Assembly (NCBI RefSeq): GCF_006345805.1
Contig: NC_043006.1
Span: forward strand, 61,132,001 to 61,196,000
Source of the DNA: Octopus sinensis
Taxonomy: Eukaryota
DNA: 64,000 nt
Direction: 5' to 3'
Of the stretch, positions 50,537-63,707 are shown piece by piece (within the stretch, counting starts at the first letter, position 1; the number at the start of each line of letters is the position of its first letter). A model generated the notes under the pieces. The model was given only the letters and a program-made list of their open reading frames with translations, did no database searches and was not told where the DNA came from. Both the position numbers and the translations under genes were made by a program.

Positions 50537-53028
50537 CTTCTTGTCCCAACTGGTACTCGAACCAACGAGATGTCACAAAAACGTCTTAGACTTAATTTTC
50601 AGCAATCACACTGATACTATCCACAATATTGCAGTGGAGAAAACCCTACTCTCCGACCATTACATGGTTCTCTGTGATCTGAGATTTCACTGGCCGAAAT
50701 GCAAAACAAATGTCATCCCTCCTGTTCATCCATTTGACACTATAGATTTCCACAATGCAAACTGGGAATCGATCAATAATGATCTTGCACAAGTCGATTG
50801 GTCCTTCACACACACATACACACCCACTAACATCAAAAAGTCCTGGCAGTCACTTGTAGACACCATCACGAACATATGTGCAAGACACACTCCATTAAGA
50901 TCTGCAAACAAATCTAAGTGTCGAATCCCTAGAAATAGAAAATTTCTCATAAGGAAAATTAAAAGAATCAACAAAAAGATCAACATGCTGAAATACTGTC
51001 AACAGCAACACACCAACCTGACTGCCATCTCGTCGCTAGAGATTAAAAAACATAAACTCCAAAACAACATGATGTCTATCATCAATAGTCAGCGAAGAGC
51101 TGAAGAGGCCTGGGCCATTGAGAAGATCAAACTCAATCCCAAAGTGTTCTTTTCATTTGCAAAATGGTTCTACTGTTGGCCCTCTGATTGATGAAAATGG
51201 TACTCTTCAAGACAATGCCAAAACCATGGGAGAGATATTGCAGAAACAATATTGCTCTGTTTTCAGCAATCCTGATATGACTGATCTGGGCTGTATCAGT
51301 GATGTTACTCCCCAATACACTTTATCGGACATAACATTTGGCGCTCCTGATGTCTTAGCAGCAATAAAGGAAATGAAGCATAATTCAGCAGTAGGTCCCG
51401 ATAGGTTCCCTGCTTGTGTCTTGAAGATGTGTCAAAACTAACTTGCACCCCCTCTAGCCAATCTGTGGCGGAACTCACTGGATGCTGGATATATACCAGA
51501 AGACCTTCTATCCCAGTCTGTTGTCCCAGTTTTCAAAAAAGGAAACAAATCGCTTGCAGTGAATTACCGTCCAATCTCACACACCTCTCATATCATCAAG
51601 GTATTTGAGAGGGTGCTGAGATCGCGTATAACTCACTTCCTTGAGAGTTATAATATGCTGAACCCCAACCAGCATGGATTCCGTAATGGGAGAGATTGCC
51701 TGACGCAGCTACTGTATCATTTTGATGACATTTTGAGAGCCTTGGGAGAAGGTTCCAACACTGATGTCATCTACCTTGATTTCAGCAAGGCCTTTGACAG
51801 GGTTGATCATAAGATCCTTCTGAGAAAGCTGTCCAATATTAGTGTCACTGGAAAGCTGCTGCAGTGGATCTAGTGCTTCCTGTCTAACAGAACCCAACAT
51901 GTTGTAGTCGAAGGAGTCAAATCCAGCCCAGCCAAAGTCAGCAGTGGTGTCCCACAAGGCACTGTGTTGGGCCCACTTCTCTTCATCATCTACATAAATG
52001 ATATTACTGACACCATCAAACACAGTAACATCAGAACCTTCGCTGATGATTCCAAGCTCCAGAAGGTCATCAATGGCGTGGATGACCGAATAAACCTTCA
52101 GTCAGACCTACTGGCTGTTATCCAATGGGCGGAAAAGAATAACATGTTGCTAAATGAAGACAAATTCGAACTGATCCACTTTGGAAGGGAGGACGCTCTG
52201 AAACTCCCATACTCTCTTCCTTCTGGAGAAATTCTCATGGCATCCAACAACATCAGAGACCTGGGAGTAACAGTGGACAACAACATAAGCTGGGCTACAC
52301 ATATAAGCAGCAAAGTTGACATGGCCCGCAGAATGTGTTCCTGGATTCTCAGAACCTTCCAGTCGAGAGATTCCCACGCTATTATCCTTCTCTTCTCCAC
52401 TTTTGCCCGACCCCACCTTGAATACTGCTGTCCACTGTGGTCTCCCTACACAAAACAAAATATTATGAGAATTGAAGCTCCCCAAAGGTCAATCACAAAA
52501 AAGATAGATGGCATGTCAGACTTTGACTACTGGGGTAGACTAGAGAAGCTGAAATTGTATCCACTCCAACGACGCCGTGAACGCTACATTATCTGTATGA
52601 TGTGGAAAATATTCCATCAGCACTGTCCGAATGATGTTGGCATCACCTTCAAAATGCATCCAAGGCTTGGACCACGTGCCATCAGTCCACAACAAAAATC
52701 TAAATCGCATCACATAACGACAATACGGTACAACTATTTCACCTCAATTGGAGACGCTCTCTTCAACATTACACCAGGACACGTCAAAAAAGAAACTGAC
52801 CACACAAAATTCAAGAAGTCTTTGGACAAATTCCTTCAAACAGTACCGGACAAACCACCCACACCCGGATATGTCTCCGCAAACAATAACTCTCTGCTCG
52901 AATGGGCCTTGGTGCCCAAATCCTGAACTGAAAGACTTCGCCAGGTTAGACATGGCTATTAAGTTAGACATGGCCTGGACCAATACTGGCCAATACCTTT
53001 CTAAGTTATTCTAAGTTATAATATATAT

Positions 53029-53071
<43 letters not shown>

Positions 53072-53187
53072 AAAAATGTGTATAACACGGAAAAAATAAA
53101 ATATAGTTTCCTGGGTAGCAAAAATTTACTTAAGTCCCAAGGATATTACAGCCTACTTGTTAAGGTAAATGTTTTTGTACAACATGG

Positions 53188-53694
53188 ATAAATTAAGAAA
53201 TGGAGTCGAGCGCAGGTGTTATTGAAATCATTTATACTTCCAAAATATGTTTCGAAGAAAGCATACTGGTTATTCCGGAGGGAATAAAACTGTTGTAAAA
53301 CAATGCAATAATTTCGTCCGGGGAAAAAAAAGACAAACAAAACACATAAATAATCCATTTTAACCGAATGTGATTACCGCGTATATGATGACGGGGAACG
53401 CTAGCAAGTTATTTTTTAAAAACACCGTTAATCGATTTAACGTCAAAGGTAAATCTATTAACGTATTTTTAAAAAATAACTTGCTAGCGTTCCCGTCATC
53501 ATATACGCGCTAATCATATTCGGTTAAAATTGCTTATTGATGTGTTTCTTTTCTCTTTTGTTTCCCCCTGACTGGATGATTGCATTGTTTTACATCATTT
53601 TTATTCCCTCCGGAATAATCACAATGCTTCCTTCGAAACATATTTTGAAAGTATAAATGGTTTGCATAACACCTGCGTCTGACTCCATTTCCTA

Positions 53695-53700
<6 letters not shown>
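53188..53700. mobile_element. Foldback element (Penelope-like termini) with degenerate hammerheads
   Basis: ataaattaagaaatggagtc.agcgcaggtgttat... versus ...ataacacctgcgtctgactccatttcctaatttat; the centre is also palindromic. Confidence 0.85.
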
Positions 53701-53759
<59 letters not shown>

Positions 53760-53923
53760 TATATATACATACATATGTATGCATGTATATATGTATGTAT
53801 TATATATATATATATGTATGTATATATATATATATATATAAGTATATATACATACATATGTATGCATGTATATATATGTATATGTATTATATATATATAT
53901 GTATGTATATATATATATATATC

Positions 53924-54012
<89 letters not shown>
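53699..54012 (+). repeat. (TA)n-based compound microsatellite
   Basis: Direct reading. Confidence 0.95.
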
Positions 54013-54017
<5 letters not shown>

Positions 54018-54060
54018 TAAAAAAATGGAGTTAACGCAGGTGTCATCAAATATTATTTTT

Positions 54061-54146
54061 ACTTTCGACACATGTTTCGAAAATTCCACTGATACTATTC
54101 AAAAGCATAAATGGTATAAACAATGCAATCTTCTCGTCAGGAAAGT
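54061..54146 (-). ncRNA. Type I hammerhead ribozyme
   Basis: actttc-CTGACGA-gaagattgcattg...cagtggaattttc-GAAA-catgtg-TC-gaaagt; perfect 6-bp stem I, GUC triplet. Confidence 0.85.
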
Positions 54147-54439
54147 GAAAAAAACGAAACTCGTCAATAAGACATTTTAGCAAAAAATGATGGATATGTA
54201 TAGCGATTTGTATGTTTTTATTTAGTGCATATAAGTAGTCTCTATCATTATATATAATTTAAACTTTAATTTCCTTTATATTTAACATTCACTATTAATA
54301 TCCCTACTATTTCTGTTAGCTACTTATGACGTCATATCATATAACGTTTTTTTAAACAATATTAATAGCGTTCTGTCTATCGCTATACAAATCCATCATT
54401 TTTTGCTAAAATGTCTTATTGACGAGTTTCGTTTTTTTC

Positions 54440-54525
54440 ACTTTCCTGAAGAGAAAATCGCATTGTTTATACCATTTATTCTTTTGAATAGTATCAGTGG
54501 AATTTTCGAAACATGTGTCGAAAGT
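54440..54525 (+). ncRNA. Type I hammerhead ribozyme
   Basis: actttc-CTGAAGA-gaaaatcgcattg...cagtggaattttc-GAAA-catgtg-TC-gaaagt. Confidence 0.85.
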
Positions 54526-54719
54526 AAAAATATTTGATTACACCTGCGTTAACTCCATTTTTTTATTCATATTATTCAAAATATTCAACGTAAACACGAA
54601 GTTTCTACCTTTATAAACAAGGAGTTACATCTTTACTTGTGAGATGTTTGCTGCCCTGGTAACTATTTATTTATTTTTCCGTGTTAATTGTTAACAAGGT
54701 AAAAATACACTCATCTATA

Positions 54720-54733
54720 TATATATGTGTGTA

Positions 54734-54803
<70 letters not shown>

Positions 54804-54852
54804 CATATATATGTATGTATATCTATCTATCTATATATATATATGTATGTAT

Positions 54853-54888
<36 letters not shown>

Positions 54889-54900
54889 CCTATCTATCTA

Positions 54901-54945
<45 letters not shown>
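54720..54945 (+). repeat. (TATC)n/(TA)n microsatellite
   Basis: Direct reading. Confidence 0.95.
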
Positions 54946-54946
<1 letters not shown>

Positions 54947-55009
54947 TGTATGTATTTATCACGCTCCCACACACAGTCGTACGTAAACACATATACATGC
55001 AGCACCACC

Positions 55010-55500
55010 AAATAAACATACACAGCGACACCAATGCGCTTACATACATGTCCCCCCTCCTCAAGGCCCCTTTGAATGAACAATACATGAAATTTATGTC
55101 TCCACACTATCTCCTTGTAATAACAAATCATGAACTCTTATCGGAATCTACATACCTTGGACAAAAACGCATTTCTAACCATTCTACAAAACACTTTCCT
55201 TTAATAATGGAACTGCAACTGTAACATGCTATATATATTCTTAGTTTTGAGTTTATTCCCTTATAACCCTTTATACTTTTTATATCCATCCTTTTCCCAA
55301 AATAACTCCTTATATTGAACTCTATTTCCCTCTATTTAAATCTCTCATATCGTCTCTTATGAAGGGATATCACTAATATCCTAGAAACAGCTTTCTCTTA
55401 ATAAATGTCCTATAAATTCCTCAAAGCCTTGCTTCTATTTTCTCATTTTATTTAACATATACATGCTCATACAAGACCAGTATTAGTCCCTCACTCCTAT
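55010..55500 (+). mobile_element. Old Penelope-like remnant with degenerate hammerhead (55356-55395)
   Basis: CTTATGA-agggatat cacta atatccta-GAAA-cagct; core G5->U. Confidence 0.4.
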
Positions 55501-55822
55501 TATTATGATCGAACCGAGAGTTTAACTACGGTCACCCCCCCCCCCGTAGCACTTGCATAGCCTTACATGCCATGTTGGGTTTCTGATACTAATACCTCAC
55601 ATACACACACACACACACACGCACACACACACACACACATTGGATTGACCGCAGTTTGAAGATCCACTCCTCACGGCTTTGTTAAATAAGTCGCAGGAAC
55701 TTGACACTGAACTCAAACCAGTATTTTCAATAAATTCAATATTACTAAAAACAAGTTCCCCACTCAACTGTAAATGTTGTGTTATTTTTCAATAATTTGC
55801 TCAAAAATGTCACATGATATAT

Positions 55823-56045
55823 ATCTATTTCTTTACTACCCACAAGGGGCTAAGCACAGAGAGGACAAACAAGGACAGACAAACGGATTAAGTCGATTAC
55901 AGTGCTTAACTGGTAATTATTTAATCCACCCCGAAAGGACGAAAGGCAAAATCGACCTCGTCGGAATTTGAACTCAGAACGTAGCGGCAGGCGAAATACG
56001 GCTACGCATTTCGCCCGGCGTGCTAATGTTTCTGCCTGCTCACCA
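55823..56045 (-). mobile_element. Second SINE family copy
   Basis: rc of ttctttactacccacaaggggctaa...ggaatttgaactcagaacgtag..catttcgcccggcgtgctaa; B box gagttcaaattcc. Confidence 0.85.
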
Positions 56046-56418
56046 CTTTTCACAGGATATATACCTCTGTGTAAAAGCGGTTTATGTGTAAAAGTGTGAG
56101 TTTGTTAAGTTATTAAATGTCATCAAGCAGCATTTATGAATTGTTTTATGTTTTACTCTGATTCTTTTCTCTTATTTAACGAGGTTATCTTGCGTTGAGT
56201 TAGATGCACCATAGAAATGTATACCTTTACTTTTGTAAACTCAGCGTGTATGAAACTGTGAACGCGAATGTTATAATTGATTTGACGCTAATCATATTGT
56301 ACTTTGTTCCTCGTATTACTTTGCTGTTTATGGCTGGAGTTTTGACGCACTGTGTTGGTTTCACTTCACCCAATGTTTCTGTTGTAGGTCTTTCTGATTC
56401 TGTTTCCCGTTTACTTAC

Positions 56419-56448
56419 CGCTACTGCAACCTTTCTCATTAACAGAAG
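56419..56448 (-). CDS. Candidate 30-nt microexon (xSVNEKGCSSx), phase 1-1
   Basis: Acceptor catattttcag, consensus donor GTAAGT, open and symmetric, phase-compatible with exon 61235-61353. Confidence 0.3.
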
Positions 56449-56963
56449 CTGAAAATATGCTGACGTATTTCTTAAGTTGAAGGGATCCAAATTTTAAAAT
56501 CGTTTATTGATTCTTCTATTTGGAATTTTACAGTTTCAAACTTTAGCATCCGCAACATGCACATACATGTTTGTTATTTGCACGTGGCTCCATGACATTC
56601 AGGGTTATTTCAAATGATTGTTTATTCGAGCAGGCAATAAGGTTCGTCGTAAAGGTAAAGCAATGGTGGTCGGTTCTAATCCCTTCTGAACTCGTGCGAC
56701 ACAATGTTTTTGGAAAATATGAGCTTAAGTATTTGTAACCATAAATTCATCACACACTCCAGCTCATTGTATCAATATTGCAAATACTATATAACACATA
56801 CAAATCTTCTCAATAAATTTATTAAAAAATAAAGACAGCAAAAACAACAAAAATAATAAAGAAACAAAATTTGTCGATTTTTGCTGGCGCACTGAAAACT
56901 TTTAGTTATATAGGTATATACAAGTCGTTTCAATCACTGATTCTATGAAGGAAGTACTCAGTG

Positions 56964-57114
56964 CTATCGAAAACAGGCAGACACATCACAGCTGGAGGGC
57001 GTAAAATCATTGAGATGAAACATGTAGCTGCTGGTAATCTTCAGAAGAACAAAAATAGCACAAGATTCAAACCAACAGAAGCCAAGCACTACACACACAA
57101 TAGCGACGACCAGG
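56964..57114 (-). CDS. Candidate exon encoding a hydrophobic helix (LVVAIVCVVLGFCWFESCAIFVLL...CFR*)
   Basis: Strong acceptor tgtttttattttgcag; phase-2 frame open for 49 codons; no good donor. Confidence 0.2.
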
Positions 57115-57624
57115 CTGCAAAATAAAAACATCCACATCCTTCACAGCCTACATACACAAACCTACAAACTGAAAAACGCCCACATTATTAAGTTAACACC
57201 GGTAAAAACAAGAAGAAATAAAGAAAGAAAATAATGGTAATAACACCCATCATGAAATGAAAACACAGCAATACAGAACTAATCCGGTTTAAAAGCATAA
57301 AAATGACGCTTGATAAAATAGTAAACATAACAAGGAAACAACTTCAGTAGCAAAATGGGAAATCATACAAAATGCCCCAGTCATATGACGAAATCTTTTC
57401 AAAACCAATGAATAATTAAATAATAGCTTACTTGATAGTAAGGCAGAAACGAACTACAAATATTCTGTGTGATTTTTGTCGGAATATAACATTCAGAAAG
57501 AAAACTAGAAACACATATATACAGTGTATCTAAAGTAACCGGTCACCGTACTGTCTCAAATATACAACCCTACTCTACACTAGCACTGAGAACAGACTAC
57601 TGTTTGTTGCCTATATATATATAT

Positions 57625-57935
57625 ATATATATATCTGCGAACCGGTCAGCCAAGCGGCGTCCCGTTTGCCCGATGTATAAAGAAGAGAGACCAGAGAGAG
57701 AAGGAAATGCAGTAGATGACATTGGTAGAAGTGCAGGTGAAGGAGTCGGTGATATGATAGGGTCGTTGATGGATGCCGGTGAGGAGGGTGGTGTTGGAGA
57801 GGAAGGCCAAGTGCAGCAGTATGGGCGGGAGCAAGGGAACGAGCCGGGTTGGGAGGTTGGGTTAGGGAAGATGCTGTGGACTAAGATGGCTCGTAGAGTG
57901 TGGGCTCTTTTGAAGAAAGGAATACATAAATATAT
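57625..57935 (-). pseudogene. Penelope-like GIY-YIG endonuclease fragment
   Basis: FKRAHTLRAILVHS...GSFPCSRPYCCT...ITDSFTCTSTNVIYCIS..LYIGQTGRRLADRFAD. Confidence 0.9.
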
Positions 57936-58169
57936 ATACACACACATTTCAAGATGACTATTTTTAGCCAGATAAACTCACACACTATATATTCGTTCTT
58001 CACATCAAAATTCTTATTGTGCTGAATCTATTCCATCTCAATCACAGATTTTATAATTATTTTTTAAAACTAAACAGTTTGAAACTTTGAATACTGGGAT
58101 AATTTCGAACGTAGAACACGTGGTGACATTTAGTAGAAATGACACCGACATAATAATGATAATAATATT

Positions 58170-58326
<157 letters not shown>

Positions 58327-58327
58327 T

Positions 58328-58873
58328 GCAGTACCAGGCAGTGGATCTCATGGCTTCTGATCTTAACTGATTGGAAGTGTTATCATGTACATTGATTTGT
58401 CTTGGTATAAAAGATGGGCTACAGCAAATATTCTGCTCAATACCACAGATTTGCTTGTCAGTTGTTTGACCTTAACCAGTTGAGCATGTCCCTTAGTGGC
58501 TGACGATATGTGCATCTCTGATCACGAGCAGAAGTAGTGGGGGAGCATCATAGCCATGTGTTGAGAGGGATTCTTTGGGGTTTGAATAGTTCACCTCTGA
58601 AAACATGGGTGGTTCTTTCAACATCCTTAAACAACCCTTATTCAGGGACCGTTTGAGCGGGATGGGCTACTCAACCTGAAGAAAATTCTAACTGGGCCCC
58701 ACCTGCAAGGTCATGTGCTGTTTATCTTGATATGAGATCACCATGTCGCGCACATATGGTTGTGATGCATGTGCCTGGTGTACCTTTATCAGACGGGTAG
58801 TCATGATGGGTATATTGGGCTTCGTATATTTTACCCCAGTGTCACTTTGATGGCATGAACTGCTCTCTCACTC
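58328..58873 (+). mobile_element. About 545-bp non-coding retroposon inserted in (TAA)n
   Basis: Flanked by (AAT)n on both sides; 5'-truncated copy at 19631-19835; no ORF. Confidence 0.8.
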
Positions 58874-58915
<42 letters not shown>

Positions 58916-58934
58916 TATAATAATAATAACAACA

Positions 58935-59080
58935 TCGAAAAATACCTTAGGAATGAGAACCTAGGTTTGAAACTTCCCCAAGACACCTGATGAAGGCTGG
59001 AGGATGAGGACAAATATCTGTTAAATGTAAATAATGAAAATAATATACATAATTCCACATCTCTTAAATATAGAACTGAA
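58935..59080 (+). repeat. Penelope-like terminal repeat with internal deletion (family of 17985-18140)
   Basis: gaaaaataccttaggaatgagaacc...gacacCTGATGAaggctggag joined directly to gatgaggacaaatatc; the 3' half of the hammerhead is missing. Confidence 0.7.
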
Positions 59081-60174
59081 TAAATAGTCCAATTGAAATA
59101 TGATGGATGGAAATTAAACAGTCAACGGATGATATCAGCTAACAGACGCTTCTCGTAGGTAATCGATCGCCACTGTTGGATGACTATACCGTCACGGAGA
59201 CATGGAATCAGTCTCGTAATTGTTTATAAGACGACTGCTTGAGACTCCCAAACTTTTGACTAACGCCAGTATAATATTATAATACAGAATGTTGTGTGTG
59301 ACTACCGGAGAATGTACCTTAAGAATGTAAAAGTATAAAATAAAGCTACGTATGCCTATAGGTCGACTTAAAACCAAATAGGATTACGACCACTCAACCG
59401 GAGCCAATTGTGGTTGTAAGTCGACAATCTGTATATGGTTTATGCGAAGTAATATGAGTTTCTAGTAAACAGGGATGAAGATGTACTAAATACTATATAA
59501 GACATTTTTTATCAAAAATATATTATTCTTAACGTGAGCGAAAAATTAATGAAGCACTTATGGCAGTTTCAATTCATTCTCAATGGAAACGGGTATTTCA
59601 AATAATCACGAAATATTTGGAATTAATACCTATACTATAATAGAGAAAATTGCTCATCAATTAGATATGTGACAATAACTAAATATACTAAAAGAAAGCA
59701 ATTATTAAAAGGTTGACCGTCTAAAATATTTTTATCAATCCATGTTCTAAGAAATTTGCAGTAATTTCGATTTCTCAAAATTATTGAACTTTTTGAACTC
59801 GCAAATTTAAATATTCCCTGCGTCCAATTCATCGCAAATTTGAATATTCATTGCATTCACTGCAGAGTATTCCATTCTCATTTGCAACGTCTCTCAGTTT
59901 CTCTTTTAAGTTTTAATTCGCTCTTAATGTGTAGGTAATGTAAAAACATTATTTACTGAATTAATTTTTTTTATTACACGTATAATTTTTGAACGTGGGA
60001 TAGCTGTGAGAAGAGCCCTCAAAGCTGGGTAATTACTATTATAAGATGAGGAGAAAAACAAGCGTTACCGACAAATACTCGAAACTTGCACCTTATTCAC
60101 ATTTTCCAAACATAACTTCAACAGTGATACGCACACATACACACACACAACTATACACACTCGCGCGCTTACAT

Positions 60175-60175
60175 A

Positions 60176-60224
<49 letters not shown>
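60175..60224 (+). repeat. (CA)n microsatellite
   Basis: Direct reading. Confidence 0.95.
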
Positions 60225-60227
<3 letters not shown>

Positions 60228-61186
60228 TGAAAGGAAATGAATGTAAGTGCGTGCGAGCGTGTGTGTGCGCGTGTGTGTGTGCTGTTCATTGTAAAAACTT
60301 CGTACTGCATCTCTTTTGTGAAGATTTGTCAGTGAGTAGGTAGTGGTGTCAAAGTGACGAAAGTATTTTAATGCAAATTAAGTTTTAATGTTCAAGTGAA
60401 ACTAACGGTATTTGTGTGTCCTTCAATGATTTACAAACATCTTCCACGCAGCAATTCTGTTTGTTTCGACATATGATCTCAGATCAAGTCACTTGCTATG
60501 CAAGTACATCTCCGTAATCATTTAAAATCACTTTGGATAAATGCCAGCGATGACCGTCTCAAGCTCTCCAATATCAAATTTCTAAACAGAAACAATCGGG
60601 GGCAGAGAGTGGGGTTGCAAAAAATTCATAATTTCTCAAATTTTCTTTTTTATGACATATAAACGTATTTATGGGGGAAATACTGAAAAAACATCAATAC
60701 ATGCGAGAGTGATAAAGAAACGAGAAGGGTTGTCATTGAATGTGCTAGAAACAACAGCCAAATCTGCCTTAAATCACTTTTCCCACTGCAAACATTAACA
60801 AGATAATTATCGAAAAATGTTCTTCTCATCGTTTTGACGTGCTAGCAAAATTGCTCAAAATAGCTCCGGAGCGAAATGTGAGAGAGGGTGTGTAAAAAAG
60901 AGTTAAAAAATTTTTTTTGATACAAAGATGACTCCCACCCAACCCCATCATTTCGAAGGTTGTGGTTTAAGAAATATGGGGAAATCCCCGAAAAAATGTG
61001 CCACACACATTTTTTTCTAATCGTAATCTATGCTGTTTGAAAGGGATTTGTATAAAATTTCGTTAAAAGATACCCATCTTCCTGAAATTTATGAGGGAAA
61101 AAGTCAGATCGTATGACTTTTCTGAAACTCCTCCCTCCACCTCTTGCAAAAATCCATTCCCATAAATTTCTATATACTCTGAAGCC

Positions 61187-61226
<40 letters not shown>

Positions 61227-61234
61227 AAACTTAC

Positions 61235-61353
61235 AGATTGGTTGCTGAATTGAAATCTCTATATTGCTTTGAGCGGAAGGTAAAACTTGACAAACCACTT
61301 CGCCATCTATTGTTGGACTACCGTGATGTTTGTTTAAAAAAGAGAGATTATGA
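61235..61353 (-). CDS. Candidate internal coding exon of an unidentified host gene (xHNLSFLNKHHGSPTIDGEVVCQVLPSAQSNIEISIQQPIx)
   Basis: Long polypyrimidine acceptor tttgctttcattatttcatcacag, consensus donor GTAAGT, 119 nt open from phase 2 to phase 1, non-repetitive sequence. Confidence 0.5.
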
Positions 61354-62351
61354 CTGTGATGAAATAATGAAAGCAAATTTTACTAAGCAAGTGAGAACTA
61401 TTATACAAGGAAATAATTAGACGTAAAATATAAAAATTATTAGAAATGAGAATGAAATGTGTAAATATTATCAGAAGGCTCGCAGAAAACCGCTCGGAGG
61501 GCGGTCTTTCTGCTAGCAATACTAATGGAATTATTGTCTATGTATTTTGGAAACATGAACGCAGCTGGAAATGTATTTATTAACGGTAGTCATCATAATA
61601 GTGTGGCTGCAGCTTGAGTTCATTGAGGCTTGCACATATATCACAAAAATGGTAGAGGTATAGTGTGATATATATATGTCTGTGTGAGTATTTGTGTGTG
61701 TGTGAGTGTGTGTTTTTTGGCGTGGGTGTGTATGTATACATAATGTGTGTTTCTGTTCAAGTGTAAGTATATGTGTCTGCGATCGTGAATATAATTGACG
61801 AGAAAAATAAATTTGTTGAACATAAAATTTTGTGATAAAATGAAATAAGCACATATTGTGTTGTAAATACTGGTGGATATTATCTTGGTATTAAGAGACA
61901 GACGTTCGTAGTGTAAAAATCTATGGCGATATAATCAACGAAAGAGACGAGGTAGGCCTTTTATATAAAACTGTGTATATACATCATGGTATAATGAAAG
62001 CTCGTACAAACAAAAAAGTCATTACGTTAAGTAGACTGAATCTGTTTTGTAAAATCAGAAAATTGCACTAAGAATTTACTCATATGAATATGATTGGAGT
62101 GGAGTGATACGAATAAATCGCTCAAATTACAGAAACAATAAATTTTGTGCAATTAGCATTGAACCTAATAAACCGTGATCGAATCTAGGCATAGAACAAT
62201 AATACAATGACGTGTATCATATTTCAAAAGCTTAGAACAATGATGTAATCATAGAAATCAAAGCTAAAAGACGGCACATGGGCACAAAATCAAGGTACAT
62301 ATTGATATCTGTACTCAATGCCATATGTATATATACCTATACGTTTGTGTG

Positions 62352-62403
<52 letters not shown>

Positions 62404-63220
62404 GTCAATGTATGTACGTGTATGTGTATGTTAATATATATATATATATTATATATATATATAATATATATATATGTTTCTCTGTTTACATCTATACGTA
62501 CATATACATATTTTTCGTCATTTATGTGTTTCAATTTGTTGACTGCACACAGGTTATTTTGTATTTATCTTTCTACTGGGATGTGATCTTCATTCTGTAT
62601 AAATACTGTTCCTGACACATTTCCAGCCAGCAATTCGTGCCAACTCTAACTTTACTCTTTGTATAATAATTTTAACAGCAAAAGAGACCTTGGGGACCAG
62701 CTCTTAGTACGAACGATAAAATGAAAGTGTTTCATCTTCAGAAGAACACATGGATGACGTACTGACATCCAGTTGGTTATGAAATTTCTTGTTTGACAGT
62801 CCCATCCTTATTATTAGGTGATTAGAGTTAACAATTTGGCCAACTCACCAGACGCGTGTATATGTGTATATTGGTGCTCAATTAATTGTACTAAGAGACC
62901 AGGCATGTTTTCAACCGTTGGCAAAAAGCAAGATAGTATAAGTAATTGCTTGATTGTATTAGGATGATATATAAGATATAGATGAATAACTTTTAATGTA
63001 CGTAATCATACACACAGACAACTCACAGCACACACATGCACAAATCCACTCCAATGCACTCACGCACTTTTATATATATTAATTTAGATTATATCAGACC
63101 TCTGCGGGGTATGTAACTTTTCAATATATACATTAAAATAACATGAGTTGAAGTGAATTTAATGGATTAAACTGAATTACATTAGGCAATATGCGCTTAA
63201 TATTTTGTCAATTGGATTAT

Positions 63221-63471
63221 ATCTATATATATATATAAATCTGAGAATGTGTGTCTATGTGTGCATCTCTGTAACTCGAGAACTACCCAACCGATTTCAT
63301 TCATATTTTACACATACACTATTAAGAGTCTCTGGAGCGTCATAGGCAAAAAACTTTTCACCTTCCTGCCTAAAGCGATCCCGGAGCAGTCTCTTTGACT
63401 ACTTCTGTATTACGTGTCAAAAGTGAAACAATAACATCTCTATTGTAATGTGAGATAATAACTTCAGTTTT
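63221..63471. repeat. Second copy (inverted) of the 21916-22188 element
   Basis: atctatatatatatataaat..gaatgtgtgtc...catctctattgtaatgtgagataata. Confidence 0.65.
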
Positions 63472-63550
63472 AATACTTTCACTATGTATATAATATATAC
63501 ATGATGAAACTATTAATAGTGAAACTATTATTTCACATTACATATAATAT

Positions 63551-63597
<47 letters not shown>

Positions 63598-63657
63598 TCA
63601 TGTATATATCTGCACATATGTATGTTTGAATATGTATACACACACACACACACACAC

Positions 63658-63707
<50 letters not shown>

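Larger units (their letters stand above)
48676..53008 (+). mobile_element. Near full-length decayed CR1/L2-group LINE (second family)
   Basis: ORF1 remnant, APE (FLLNAQGI, LTETHL, GGTAIYV, MGDFNLP, SDHY), RT (NYRPISHTS, QHGFRNGRDC, YLDFSKAFDRVDH, GVPQGTVLGPLLF, FADD), LYPLQRRRERY, 3' tandem ttctaagtta repeats. Confidence 0.95.
54013..54570. mobile_element. About 560-bp foldback element with two outward-facing hammerheads
   Basis: atgaataaaaaaatggagttaacgcaggtg... versus ...cacctgcgttaactccatttttttattcat; arms about 225 bp. Confidence 0.92.

Noticed and set aside
59192-59320. Minus-strand segment after a good acceptor (tacattcttaag)
   Set aside because: No strong donor; the phase-1 frame needed to follow exon A stops after 13 codons.
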